Under the pieces are notes generated by a model. The model saw only the letters and a list, made by a program, of their open reading frames with translations. It did no database searches and was not told the DNA's origin. A stretch of DNA of 64,000 nucleotides from a virus. This document shows, in pieces, positions 18,215-26,336 of this stretch. A program made the translations under genes and the position numbers. The DNA is taken from the IMG/VR virus record IMGVR_UViG_3300025410_000016, positions 1-64,000 of that record; one strand, given 5' to 3'. Each line of letters opens with the position of its first letter. Position 1 is the first letter of the stretch.

Positions 18215-18681
18215 GCCTCCTCTTCACTAGGCATCGCAAGCGCAGCGGCAAGAGCCTGGCGGACCACCTGTTGCGCCTCCCGGTAAGCATCCTCCGTGAA
18301 ATCGGGGTCGCCGAAGAGGTCGCCACAGATGACAGGGAGTGCCCGATCTACCATGTCGTTGGTGACCTGATCGACCGGCTTTAGCCATACGCGCCAGCCG
18401 TCGCTCCACTCCAAGTTCGTTGCCGGGCCGCGGTAGAGCACCACCTCCTCGGCGAGCGCATTGGTGTCGTCGTTGTCGATCCAGTCACCAATCAAGCACC
18501 GGCCGGCGTCGATCAGTTCGTGTTCGTGGTTCCCGACCTCGAACTCCTCACACTCCTCGGGACAGTCGAGACGGCAGCCGGCTCCCTCCTTCGCCTTGCA
18601 CTCAACCGTCAGCGACGCTCCCCACCGGTCAACCGTGACGGTGAAGACGTGGTCCCTGAGCATTGCCTCGTGAGCGTTCAC
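18211..18681 (-). CDS. Hypothetical protein
   Basis: 4-bp overlaps at both ends; acidic, Cys/His cluster. Confidence 0.65.
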   Translation of the reverse strand: MNAHEAMLRDHVFTVTVDRWGASLTVECKAKEGAGCRLDCPEECEEFEVGNHEHELIDAGRCLIGDWIDNDDTNALAEEVVLYRGPATNLEWSDGWRVWLKPVDQVTNDMVDRALPVICGDLFGDPDFTEDAYREAQQVVRQALAAALAMPSEEEA

Positions 18682-19034
18682 TCTGCCGCCTCAAGTGCCT
18701 CGACCAAGATGGCGAGGGCCTCAAGTTCTTGCGCGGTCGTGCCACTGCTTGCGCGACTGTGCGACCGGTACACCTCCGCCGCATCGTAGCGACGACGCAA
18801 CTCCTTGATCTGTCCCGGCGTCATCTCCATGGTGACGGGCTTGGTGACGGGCTTGAGATTGTTGGCGTCGTTGATTGCGATGCCTCCGTCATGGTACTGG
18901 TAAGCAACATCTGCGTAGTTCCTGACAGACGGTCCCAAGACGGTGACGGTGAACGCACCAACCCTGCGCTGCTCGCCTTTCGTGAACGTAATGCCGCCAG
19001 CGGTGAACGTGTCGGGCTTGGTGGTGTCAGACAT
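18678..19034 (-). CDS. Hypothetical protein
   Basis: Operon packing with RBS. Confidence 0.6.
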   Translation of the reverse strand: MSDTTKPDTFTAGGITFTKGEQRRVGAFTVTVLGPSVRNYADVAYQYHDGGIAINDANNLKPVTKPVTMEMTPGQIKELRRRYDAAEVYRSHSRASSGTTAQELEALAILVEALEAAE

Positions 19035-19464
19035 TGGGGTTCTCCCCCTCTTCTGCGCCCTTGGCTAACTCATGCAGGCTGGGCGGGCAGATCCATTCGA
19101 CTTTCTCAGTGACAACGGTCCGCTTGATTTTGGGAAGTGCGGCGACTGCTTTCGGGTCTGGTTCTTCGACCTGAATCTCTTCTGACCCCACCACTACCCG
19201 CTGGCAGATGTTGTCCCGTCGAGTGAAGAGTTGGAAGCGATGCGGACCAAACTTCCTAGAGACGTTGTACCAAGTGTCATCAGAAGACTTGGCACTAGGA
19301 CCAAGTTGCAACGCCAATGCGGCGAACTGCGTCGGGTCGTCTGGTCCAAAGTTGTACACAGTCAACCCGCAACCTTCGATGAGGTCGGGGTGCTGTTCAA
19401 GATGATCAGTGAGTTCCCGCAACCCGTCGATGTACGACTGCTGGTAGTCATCGAGTTTGGTCAT
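19027..19464 (-). CDS. Hypothetical protein
   Basis: aagggag RBS; C.RVVVG.E...VEW.C.P motif typical of small actinophage proteins. Confidence 0.65.
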   Translation of the reverse strand: MTKLDDYQQSYIDGLRELTDHLEQHPDLIEGCGLTVYNFGPDDPTQFAALALQLGPSAKSSDDTWYNVSRKFGPHRFQLFTRRDNICQRVVVGSEEIQVEEPDPKAVAALPKIKRTVVTEKVEWICPPSLHELAKGAEEGENPNV

Positions 19465-19745
19465 TGCTGTCTCCCTTGTGTTCGGTGCTGCTGTCGGACC
19501 TCTGAACTTCGATCATCATCCGGCAAAGGGTCGGGCCTGGCAAACCCTCGCATCGCCAGATTCCACGCCTGCATGTAGAGCCGCCAGTTCGGGGTGCGGA
19601 GGTTGCATTCTTGCGCCAAAGCGTTGAGGCATGCCTGCTCTTCCGAGTGGTCACCACGGAAGTCGGACAGGATCGTCATCTTCGAGATGGCATCGGCGGT
19701 GCGCTCGATCAAGCGCCGGTCAGGCAGGGAGGCTAGGTCGCTCAC
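19461..19745 (-). CDS. Hypothetical protein
   Basis: 4-bp overlaps at both ends. Confidence 0.55.
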   Translation of the reverse strand: MSDLASLPDRRLIERTADAISKMTILSDFRGDHSEEQACLNALAQECNLRTPNWRLYMQAWNLAMRGFARPDPLPDDDRSSEVRQQHRTQGRQQ

Positions 19746-20638
19746 TCCTCCACCTCCTCTTCCTCATTGATCCCCAGGATCAGGTCGGCAGCCTTCTGTG
19801 CCTGCCCTGCAGCCCACACCACGATCTTGGGGTCGTCGGCGATGGACTTACGCCACCCGGCGATGTAGGCAGCGGAGTTGTCGAGCGTAGTCGGGAGTAC
19901 CCCAACGTGCCCGCAGAGGAAGGCGGCGGTGAACTCGGCGACCAACTCCTCTCGGGAGTAGTTGGCATCTCCGAACCGCCCGGCCTCGCTCAACGTCTTT
20001 CGGTTGAGTCGCTTCTCCGCGCCGGTCGAGTGGCCGAGTTCGTGGAAGACGGTCGAGTAGAACTCGCCGCTCCCGGTGAAGGAGGTAAAGTGCGGGAGGC
20101 GCACCTCGTCGGTGGCGATGTTGTAGTAGGCCCGGTCGCCTCCGTAGGTGAGGGTCGGTCCACCGTCTTCCAAGTAGCGATTGATCAAGGTGGCTGCACC
20201 CGCGTCCACCTCAAAGTCGGTGCGTTGGGCGGGCGTCTCCCACGTCGGAGCCTTGCCCTCCTCCCAATCGGCCTGACCGCTGTTGAAGAGCGTGAAGCCC
20301 CGCAGCAGCGGGATCTTCTTGATAGTGCCGTCCTCCTGCTCCTTCTCGATGATGGAGAAGTAGACCGCATACGTGCCCTTCTCACCCTTGCGGACCTGTC
20401 CACCAAGAGTGGTGATCTGCTTGTAGGTGCCCCACCACGGGGACTCGTAGTTGCACACCTCGGCGGTGAGCGACAGCATCAACTGATTGATGCCCCGGTA
20501 AGGCTTTTTGGTGGAGAGGGACTGAGCGACGTAGCCGGTGGCGATCCAAGGCTTGCGCCACGGCGCAGTCCCCTGATCCAGCGCGGCGATGATCGTCTCG
20601 GCGATCCGTTCGTACCCGTTGCGGTGATCGGTCTTCAT
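19742..20638 (-). CDS. ardC: ArdC-like antirestriction / ssDNA-binding protein with zincin-like domain
   Basis: II..L..G..PWRKPW, Y.GIN...L, W.TYKQ....GGQVRKGEKG, FT.FN..Q, AYY....D.V.LP, FHELGHSTG...RL.R, FG...Y..EELVAE, AAYI..W. Confidence 0.9.
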   Translation of the reverse strand: MKTDHRNGYERIAETIIAALDQGTAPWRKPWIATGYVAQSLSTKKPYRGINQLMLSLTAEVCNYESPWWGTYKQITTLGGQVRKGEKGTYAVYFSIIEKEQEDGTIKKIPLLRGFTLFNSGQADWEEGKAPTWETPAQRTDFEVDAGAATLINRYLEDGGPTLTYGGDRAYYNIATDEVRLPHFTSFTGSGEFYSTVFHELGHSTGAEKRLNRKTLSEAGRFGDANYSREELVAEFTAAFLCGHVGVLPTTLDNSAAYIAGWRKSIADDPKIVVWAAGQAQKAADLILGINEEEEVEE

Positions 20639-20679
20639 TGTTGCCTCCCTTGCCGGCCCCTACCGGCTTCACTGAGTTG

Positions 20680-20710
20680 ATTGTACCGACCAAGGCCGGT
20701 GGGATCAACC
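20680..20710 (-). promoter_or_regulatory. sigma70-type promoter upstream of ardC
   Basis: GG-TTGATC-17 nt-TACAAT. Confidence 0.65.
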
Positions 20711-20711
20711 G

Positions 20712-21191
20712 CTATTCCCAAATCTGGTGAATGGCGGCACCGCAGTTGCGTCCCGGCGCGTGCTCCCCAATGAATCCCAAGCGGCCAACGCGAGCGATGT
20801 GACTCCCGCTGTGGCCTTGACTGCGGGTGCAGGTGTAACCGTCCTTCTGTTCTCCGCACCAAACCACGCTGTAGTCGGTCGTGCGCTTTTTTGTAAGCGG
20901 TGCGGCACAAATGTTGCAGTCCATGATTCTCTCTTTCATTGTGAATGAGGCGCACGTCGTAACGTCGGGTGCTGCGTCCCGAGGCACCTCGACGGTGGCC
21001 GGCGGGAGGCAGTAGTGCTCGGGGTCGTGCTTATGGTGCCACTCGTTGTGGCGCACCTTGTCCTTCACCACTGCACCACAGGTGTTGCAGATCCCCATCT
21101 CCGTGTCGTACACCTCCTCGGTGGAAGTGTCGGGGTCCCACGTCGAAGTCTTGACCTCGATGATCTCGTAGGTGTCCGTGTATTCGTTCAT
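20712..21191 (-). CDS. Hypothetical Cys/His-rich protein
   Basis: CNTCGA...H..WH; CNIC; CTR..GH.G.H; ATGA overlap. Confidence 0.6.
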   Translation of the reverse strand: MNEYTDTYEIIEVKTSTWDPDTSTEEVYDTEMGICNTCGAVVKDKVRHNEWHHKHDPEHYCLPPATVEVPRDAAPDVTTCASFTMKERIMDCNICAAPLTKKRTTDYSVVWCGEQKDGYTCTRSQGHSGSHIARVGRLGFIGEHAPGRNCGAAIHQIWE

Positions 21192-22012
21192 GCTGCCACC
21201 TCCACAATCTCGGCCTTGGTCGGCCGCTTGAAGAAACCGAACGTCTCGTCGTCGTCGCTGCGCTGCACCGTTGCGGTGAACCGCACCACCTGACCCTTCT
21301 CAACGTCAAGGGAGGAAGGAACGGTGCCCCACACTTTGTAGGAACCCTGCTCGGTCATGACCTTGACGAGCATCTTGAATCCCCCGGCGTTGTAGCCGAA
21401 CGGGCTGGGCTGCCACTTGACGGTCAGCACCTCACCCTCAACTTGGACCTTGCCCTCGATGACGGGGATAGTGGGCTCGACTGGAGCCTCGCCCTTCTCG
21501 GCGTCCTTGGCGAGTGCCTTGCAGATGGCCTCGAACTGGCGGTCCGAGAGGTTCCCGTACTGGCGACCCTTGCGGAGCACGTCTTGGATGAAGAGGTTGG
21601 CGCTGGCGTCGAGCGCTTCCCAATCGGCCTCGTGGGTCGAGCGGTACTCGTTCCACTCGGTCAGGATGCGCTGGCGCTCCCGGTCGAGTTGAGCAGCCTT
21701 CCGCATGCTCTGGAACTCAGCCGTCGCCCGACCGAACCGGTTGCCGAGGCAGGTCTCGCCAACGTGGATGTGGGTCCCCGTGGGGCGGTGCAGCATCTCG
21801 GCCCCGTAGCGAAGCCCGTGCTGGCCGCAGTGGTCACATCGGGTGAGGTCTTCGCCGTACTGGCCTCCCCAGAGGGTCGAGTCATAGTTGACCTCTTCGG
21901 AGAGGCGGATCATGGGCCGCTCGGTCTCGGTTCCCAGGTCGTAGAAGCCGATCTCGACGTAGTCCTCGGTGGTGAGGGTGGCCGGGCGGTGGATGTCGGT
22001 TCGAGTGGTCAT
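21188..22012 (-). CDS. Hypothetical protein with CxxC motif and C-terminal OB-fold-like region
   Basis: CDHCG...VGETC; VEGEVLTVK...KMLV...KVWGTVP...VRFTATV...FFKRP; leaderless start. Confidence 0.75.
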   Translation of the reverse strand: MTTRTDIHRPATLTTEDYVEIGFYDLGTETERPMIRLSEEVNYDSTLWGGQYGEDLTRCDHCGQHGLRYGAEMLHRPTGTHIHVGETCLGNRFGRATAEFQSMRKAAQLDRERQRILTEWNEYRSTHEADWEALDASANLFIQDVLRKGRQYGNLSDRQFEAICKALAKDAEKGEAPVEPTIPVIEGKVQVEGEVLTVKWQPSPFGYNAGGFKMLVKVMTEQGSYKVWGTVPSSLDVEKGQVVRFTATVQRSDDDETFGFFKRPTKAEIVEVAA

Positions 22013-22018
22013 GTGACC

Positions 22019-22049
22019 AGTGTACGAGAAATGAACCGAGTTGTCAACC
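22019..22049 (-). promoter_or_regulatory. Leaderless sigma70-type promoter (repeat copy 1)
   Basis: GG-TTGACA-actcggttcatttctcg-TACACT-6 nt-ATGACCACT. Confidence 0.8.
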
Positions 22050-22098
22050 CCTACAGGATGACGACATGCACCAGGCGCAGGAGATGTAAGGCGACCAT

Positions 22099-22351
22099 CT
22101 CCGTCTGCTCAGCCATTTCCCTCCCCTTTCGCCTCGGTGGTGGGGAACGTCACGACTCCATCCTCGCCGAACTCAGCGTCACACCAATGGCAGTGGATTG
22201 GGGGCGAGGGTCTGCAAGTCGGTTGCAGTACGGGCATCGGTTGACAAAGACGCGAAGCAGCGGCGACAGGACGCCTCCAGTCCTCCAACGGTCACAGAAC
22301 CAGCACTCCGTCTGCTCAACCATTCCCCTCCCCCTTCGCCTCGGTGGTGGG
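22099..22351. repeat. ~46 bp imperfect direct repeat (22099-22144 and 22306-22351)
   Basis: ctccgtctgctcaRccattYccctccccYttcgcctcggtggtggg in both copies; spans an RBS, stop and start junction on the minus strand. Confidence 0.85.
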
Positions 22352-22741
22352 CAGGAGGGCGACGGCGTTCACCAGATCGTCGTGGGAGTCGTTCCACTCG
22401 TCCTGGCCTGACTGCCAGAGCGACGAGGGCGAGTCAGGGTTGTTGTCCATCCAGATCGCCACAACTCGCCGGGCGGCGTCCGTCACCGCATTGGCGGCGG
22501 CGAGGGCGGCTTCCAGTTCAGCGACTCGGGCCAGCAGGTCGGGGATGTCCTGGCGGGCGTTGGCGATGAACTCGCCGTTGAGGTGGTAAAGGTGCTCGTC
22601 ACGCACTACCAAAGACGGCCCACGGAACGGTTCGCCGTCTGCGTACTTGTGCATCACGCCGAAGGTATCGGTGAACTCCCACGGCCCCGGCGTTGCCGCC
22701 TCTGCTCGTGCTCGGATGGCTTCGGTGACGATGTCGGTCAC
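22316..22741 (-). CDS. Ead/Ea22-like phage protein
   Basis: AIRARAEAATPGPW...FIANARQDIPDLLARVAELE. Confidence 0.65.
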   Translation of the reverse strand: MTDIVTEAIRARAEAATPGPWEFTDTFGVMHKYADGEPFRGPSLVVRDEHLYHLNGEFIANARQDIPDLLARVAELEAALAAANAVTDAARRVVAIWMDNNPDSPSSLWQSGQDEWNDSHDDLVNAVALLPTTEAKGEGNG

Positions 22742-23046
22742 GACTGCTCCTTTAGGGCTGTAGCGAGGGCTTCCTCAAGATTTCGGATCGGCCCAGGCTG
22801 CCAGGTGACACGCACCTTCTCCATGTATGCCTCTGCCACCTTGCGGGGAATGGTGATGGTTGGCTCGGGGATGGGGCGAAGTTGGGCGGGATCTGCGGGG
22901 CAAACTAGGTCCTCGCCAACGGCAACCATCAGCCATGAGTCGTGGTCTTCACTTTCATACCCCAGCACCCGGCATTTACCCACAAAGCCCCAATCCCATT
23001 CACTTCCGATCGGAAACTGCTCTCTGGTGTTAGTAAGGGTTGACAC
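22738..23046 (-). CDS. Hypothetical protein, paralogue of 57443-57739
   Basis: REQFPI.SEW...CRV.GY...PIPEPTITIPRKVAE...ALKEQS shared between the two. Confidence 0.7.
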   Translation of the reverse strand: MSTLTNTREQFPIGSEWDWGFVGKCRVLGYESEDHDSWLMVAVGEDLVCPADPAQLRPIPEPTITIPRKVAEAYMEKVRVTWQPGPIRNLEEALATALKEQS

Positions 23047-23188
23047 GCATCTCCTCCTCCTCTTGGGCGGTGCTGAACGCCTCCGCACAGTCTTCTCGTT
23101 CGTTCTCGTCGTGGTCCGAGATGTCCCTGCCGCAGATGACACAGCGGGTATCGTACTCGATGTCCTCATACTCGATCTCAAAGTGCAT
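23030..23188 (-). CDS. Small acidic CxxC protein (52 aa)
   Basis: MHFEIEYEDIEYDTRCVICGRDISDH...; gagggag RBS; TAATG overlap. Confidence 0.5.
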   Translation of the reverse strand: MHFEIEYEDIEYDTRCVICGRDISDHDENEREDCAEAFSTAQEEEEMRVNPY

Positions 23189-23273
23189 TACTTCTCTCCC
23201 TCAATCTCGTAGGCGAGGAGTGCTCGACAGAGACGGTCTGCGATCTGGTAAAGCGCTTGCTTGGCTGCTTCGC

Positions 23274-23999
23274 TCATGCCCCCTCTGGCTTGTGTGCTCG
23301 GATCTTGCCCCGACTGGTTACCGCAACCCAGCGTCCACACTCGCACCGAGTAGATCCACCGTAGGGGTGGCTGGCCGAGTAGGTCCCCGAGAACTGGCAT
23401 TGCGCCGCCTTCTTGGCTGCCTTCGCCAACTCCTCGCCGTTGGTGTACTCGACCGGAGCGGAGGGGAAGCAAACCGTGCAGAGCCATGCCCCGTGGGCGG
23501 CGACCGCGTCGGCCTCGGTGAGCCCGCTCAGGTCGGTGAGCCACATGAACGTGGTCGGGCTCTGACCCTTATTGCAGGACGAGCAGTCGGTGGACGAGTG
23601 GATGTGTCCACCGGGGACGAGGTAGAACCGGCTCCACCCCTCGTAGCGGGCGTCGGCGTCTTGGTAGGCGTCAAACTTGGCCGCTACCGTAGCCTTGGCG
23701 GTGTCGTAAGCGGCAAGCGCATTGGCTACATCGATGAGTCGGTAGGTGGAGAAGAAGCCACTGTCGACCCGGCTCCGCACCTCGTCGATGGAGTAGTTGG
23801 TCTCGGTGCCGTTTTCGTTCTTGAAGAAGTACCTCGTCTCGCCGTAGCCGCTGTAATCGGCAACGGGGTTGACGGCGTAGCGGATCTTGTCGCTTGCCCG
23901 CTTCGCGGCATGCACGGCATCGTCAAAAGCCACGTAAGCCTTGACGATTGCTGCGTCGATGGTGGATTCCCGCTCGTTGATCTTGGAAGTAGTGGTCAT
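23274..23999 (-). CDS. Hypothetical protein with His/Cys metal-binding motifs
   Basis: RFYLV.GGHIHSS..CSSC, LCTVCFPSAP, CECG; leaderless start. Confidence 0.75.
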   Translation of the reverse strand: MTTTSKINERESTIDAAIVKAYVAFDDAVHAAKRASDKIRYAVNPVADYSGYGETRYFFKNENGTETNYSIDEVRSRVDSGFFSTYRLIDVANALAAYDTAKATVAAKFDAYQDADARYEGWSRFYLVPGGHIHSSTDCSSCNKGQSPTTFMWLTDLSGLTEADAVAAHGAWLCTVCFPSAPVEYTNGEELAKAAKKAAQCQFSGTYSASHPYGGSTRCECGRWVAVTSRGKIRAHKPEGA

Positions 24000-24005
24000 G
24001 GGTCC

Positions 24006-24036
24006 AGCGTACGAGAAATGAACCGAGTGGTCAACC
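24006..24036 (-). promoter_or_regulatory. Leaderless sigma70-type promoter (repeat copy 2)
   Basis: GG-TTGACC-actcggttcatttctcg-TACGCT-6 nt-ATGACCACT. Confidence 0.8.
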
Positions 24037-24064
24037 TATGTCCACAATGCCTTCTCTAAACTTG

Positions 24065-24091
24065 AGGCAGCCGCTTCGGGTGGCTGCTTTT
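24065..24091 (+). terminator. Intrinsic terminator-like hairpin directly upstream of the endolysin RBS
   Basis: GGCAGCCGC-TTCGG-GTGGCTGCT followed by TTT. Confidence 0.6.
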
Positions 24092-24108
24092 CCACCTTAG
24101 GAGACTTG

Positions 24109-24906
24109 ATGGCGATTCTTACTTGCTACGACGCTGCGTATCCGCTGGCGAACCCGCCTGCTACCGATGTCGTGCTCATCTACTCGGGCGGCAACGCTAC
24201 TCATATTTGGACTGCTGCGGAGATTGCTGCACAGAAGGCTCGCTTCCGTCTCCCCTGTTGGGTGCGCTCGAACCCGGTGCAAGCCAATTCCGTGTTGGAT
24301 GCAAACGCAATGGTCGCATGGTTGCATGCCCACAAGGTTCCCGCTGGGGTGGCTACGGTCCTCGACCTTGAGACGGCCGTCGCCCCCGCCTACGTGAACT
24401 CCTACGCTTCGATTTTGCATGCAGCCGGATACAGGGTTCTCCCCTACGGCTCGACCTCAACGCTGTTCAATAACCCCAAGTGTGACGGCTACTTCTCTGC
24501 TGAGCCGGGCGCTAAGTCGATTGATGCTCGTTGCGTTGCGACGCAGTACGGGTACGAAGGCACCTACGACCTTTCATGGATTGAGGACACCGTGTCATTA
24601 TGGGATACCGCTCCACCTGCGCCGAAGCCGAAGCCGAAGCCACTGCCTGCCCCCACGACTCCGATTACCGTTCACATTGTCGGTGCGACTGAGGCGGCGG
24701 AACCTGGCGTGACGAGGGCCGTGCAGTCGCTCTTGCTGGCGAAGTTCAACTACGACCTTGGAACGACCGGTCCGCACAAGAACGGCATCGATGGGGTTTT
24801 TGGTGCCAAGACCGAAGCAGCCGTGAAGGCGTTTCAGACTGCCCACAAGATTGCCCCTAATGGATTAGTGACCAACACCACTTGGGTTGCTCTGTTGGAG
24901 GCATGA
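24109..24906 (+). CDS. Endolysin: GH25/DUF1906-like catalytic domain plus peptidoglycan-binding domain
   Basis: YDAA, LDLET, PYGS, ATQY...DLS; PKPKP linker; VQSLL...IDGVFGAKTEAAVKAFQ......NGLV...TW.AL. Confidence 0.85.
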   Translation: MAILTCYDAAYPLANPPATDVVLIYSGGNATHIWTAAEIAAQKARFRLPCWVRSNPVQANSVLDANAMVAWLHAHKVPAGVATVLDLETAVAPAYVNSYASILHAAGYRVLPYGSTSTLFNNPKCDGYFSAEPGAKSIDARCVATQYGYEGTYDLSWIEDTVSLWDTAPPAPKPKPKPLPAPTTPITVHIVGATEAAEPGVTRAVQSLLLAKFNYDLGTTGPHKNGIDGVFGAKTEAAVKAFQTAHKIAPNGLVTNTTWVALLEA

Positions 24907-24907
24907 G

Positions 24908-25294
24908 ATGGCGGAAGACCAAGGTAGTGAGCACGCGTCGATTAGGGATGTCTACGAACTCGTAGACCGAAGCCGCAAAGAAACCACCGAACAAATTGGT
25001 GCGCTTTCTGAGCGCTTCGAGACGTTTGCCCAGGCGAATGAGCACCGTCTCTCCGTTGTAGAAACTCATCAGGCAGCCCAAGCGCAGCAGATGTCCGAAG
25101 TCTCCTCTCGGCTCGACAAGCACAACATTGACATTGGCAATTTGAAGGAATCTCAAAAGGCCAGTGCCGCCGCTGACGCTGCGATTGAGGAGAAGAGCAG
25201 GACGGATTCTAATCGCCACATTGCCCTAACGGGCGCTGCAGCCGCGATTGCTGCAGCGCTGGCGACCCTCTTCAATCGCATCCACTTTCACTAA
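24908..25294 (+). CDS. Coiled-coil protein with C-terminal hydrophobic helix (holin or lysis accessory-like)
   Basis: Follows the endolysin; ggagg RBS; C-terminal IALTGAAAAIAAALATLF. Confidence 0.55.
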   Translation: MAEDQGSEHASIRDVYELVDRSRKETTEQIGALSERFETFAQANEHRLSVVETHQAAQAQQMSEVSSRLDKHNIDIGNLKESQKASAAADAAIEEKSRTDSNRHIALTGAAAAIAAALATLFNRIHFH

Positions 25295-25325
25295 CCGCAC
25301 GACCCCAAAGAGAAGGGCGGGTCAA

Positions 25326-25973
25326 GTGTCGAGTGTCGCCATCCTTGTGCCGATCCTCAATCGTCCGCATCGCATCGAGCCTTTGTTGCAATCCATTGCA
25401 GACTCGACCACCTTGCCGCACCGTGTCGTGTTCGCTGCAAGCGATCAGCCGAGCATTGACGAACTGACCAGACTCGGTGCGTCATTCATTACCGATGAGG
25501 GCGGGGACGAGGGATCTTACCCGAGGCGGATCAACCGGCTCTACGCAGAGACGACCGATCCCTACCTCCTCCTTGCAGCCGACGACTTAGCGTTCCGTCC
25601 GCAGTGGCTCGAAGAGGCCATGAAGGTCATGGAAACGCTTGACGGTGTCGTGGCGTTGAATGATCAGTACAACCCGGCCGGTGTCCACTTCCTCGTGAGC
25701 CGCAACTACATCGAGACGTTCGGTGGTTGCATGGACGATTCAGGTGTCGTGCTCCATGAAGGCTACCGGCACGCCTACTGCGACGATGAGTTCCGTGCGA
25801 CGGCTCGTGCTCGTGGGAAGTGGGCTCTCGCCCATTCCGCAGTGATTGAACATCTCCATGTTGGCGCAGGCAAAGCCCCGATGGATGAGACTTACCGCAT
25901 TGGCGAAGCCGCCATGCCCCATGACTTTGGCGTCTTCATGTCACGCGCCCACCTCTGGAACACAGGAGATTAG
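25326..25973 (+). CDS. Glycosyltransferase family 2-like (stand-alone)
   Basis: AILVP.L.RP, YLLLAADDL.F...WLE, Y.H.YCDDE, VIEHLH. Confidence 0.8.
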   Translation: MSSVAILVPILNRPHRIEPLLQSIADSTTLPHRVVFAASDQPSIDELTRLGASFITDEGGDEGSYPRRINRLYAETTDPYLLLAADDLAFRPQWLEEAMKVMETLDGVVALNDQYNPAGVHFLVSRNYIETFGGCMDDSGVVLHEGYRHAYCDDEFRATARARGKWALAHSAVIEHLHVGAGKAPMDETYRIGEAAMPHDFGVFMSRAHLWNTGD

Positions 25974-26336
25974 ATGGCGACGATCACTCAACTCCCCGCT
26001 CCCCTGACGCTGAACGCTGTCGCAGGGAACCCGGCCATCTTGACGTTCGCCTTGACGGCGACTGACTCGTCTGGCAACCCGATCCCCTGGTCGTCGATCA
26101 CGAACTACGCGATGAACGTCTACGACCAGTACGGCAACGTCCTCACTGCGGCCACGCCAACGGTGACCTCTCCCTCGTCGGGGAACGTGACCGTGACGTG
26201 GAGCGCTGCACAGACCTCCGTGCTCGGCCAGCACCAGCAAGCCCGCATGGCGTTCTCTGTCTACATCAACGGCGTTGGTCCCTACACCCTCGCATCTGGC
26301 CAGATCGTGATGACCCCGGAGGCGTACCCCTCGTGA
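25974..26336 (+). CDS. Putative fibre adaptor / BppU-N-like virion protein
   Basis: Beta-rich 120 aa protein (G....LTF...D..G.P...T.Y...G.VTVTW...QT); aggag RBS; coupled to the giant fibre gene. Confidence 0.5.
   Translation: MATITQLPAPLTLNAVAGNPAILTFALTATDSSGNPIPWSSITNYAMNVYDQYGNVLTAATPTVTSPSSGNVTVTWSAAQTSVLGQHQQARMAFSVYINGVGPYTLASGQIVMTPEAYPS

Noticed and set aside
19631-24059. Long + strand ORFs (19631-20680, 21443-22411, 23040-24059)
   Set aside because: Shadows of the minus-strand genes, which have RBSs, promoters and motifs.
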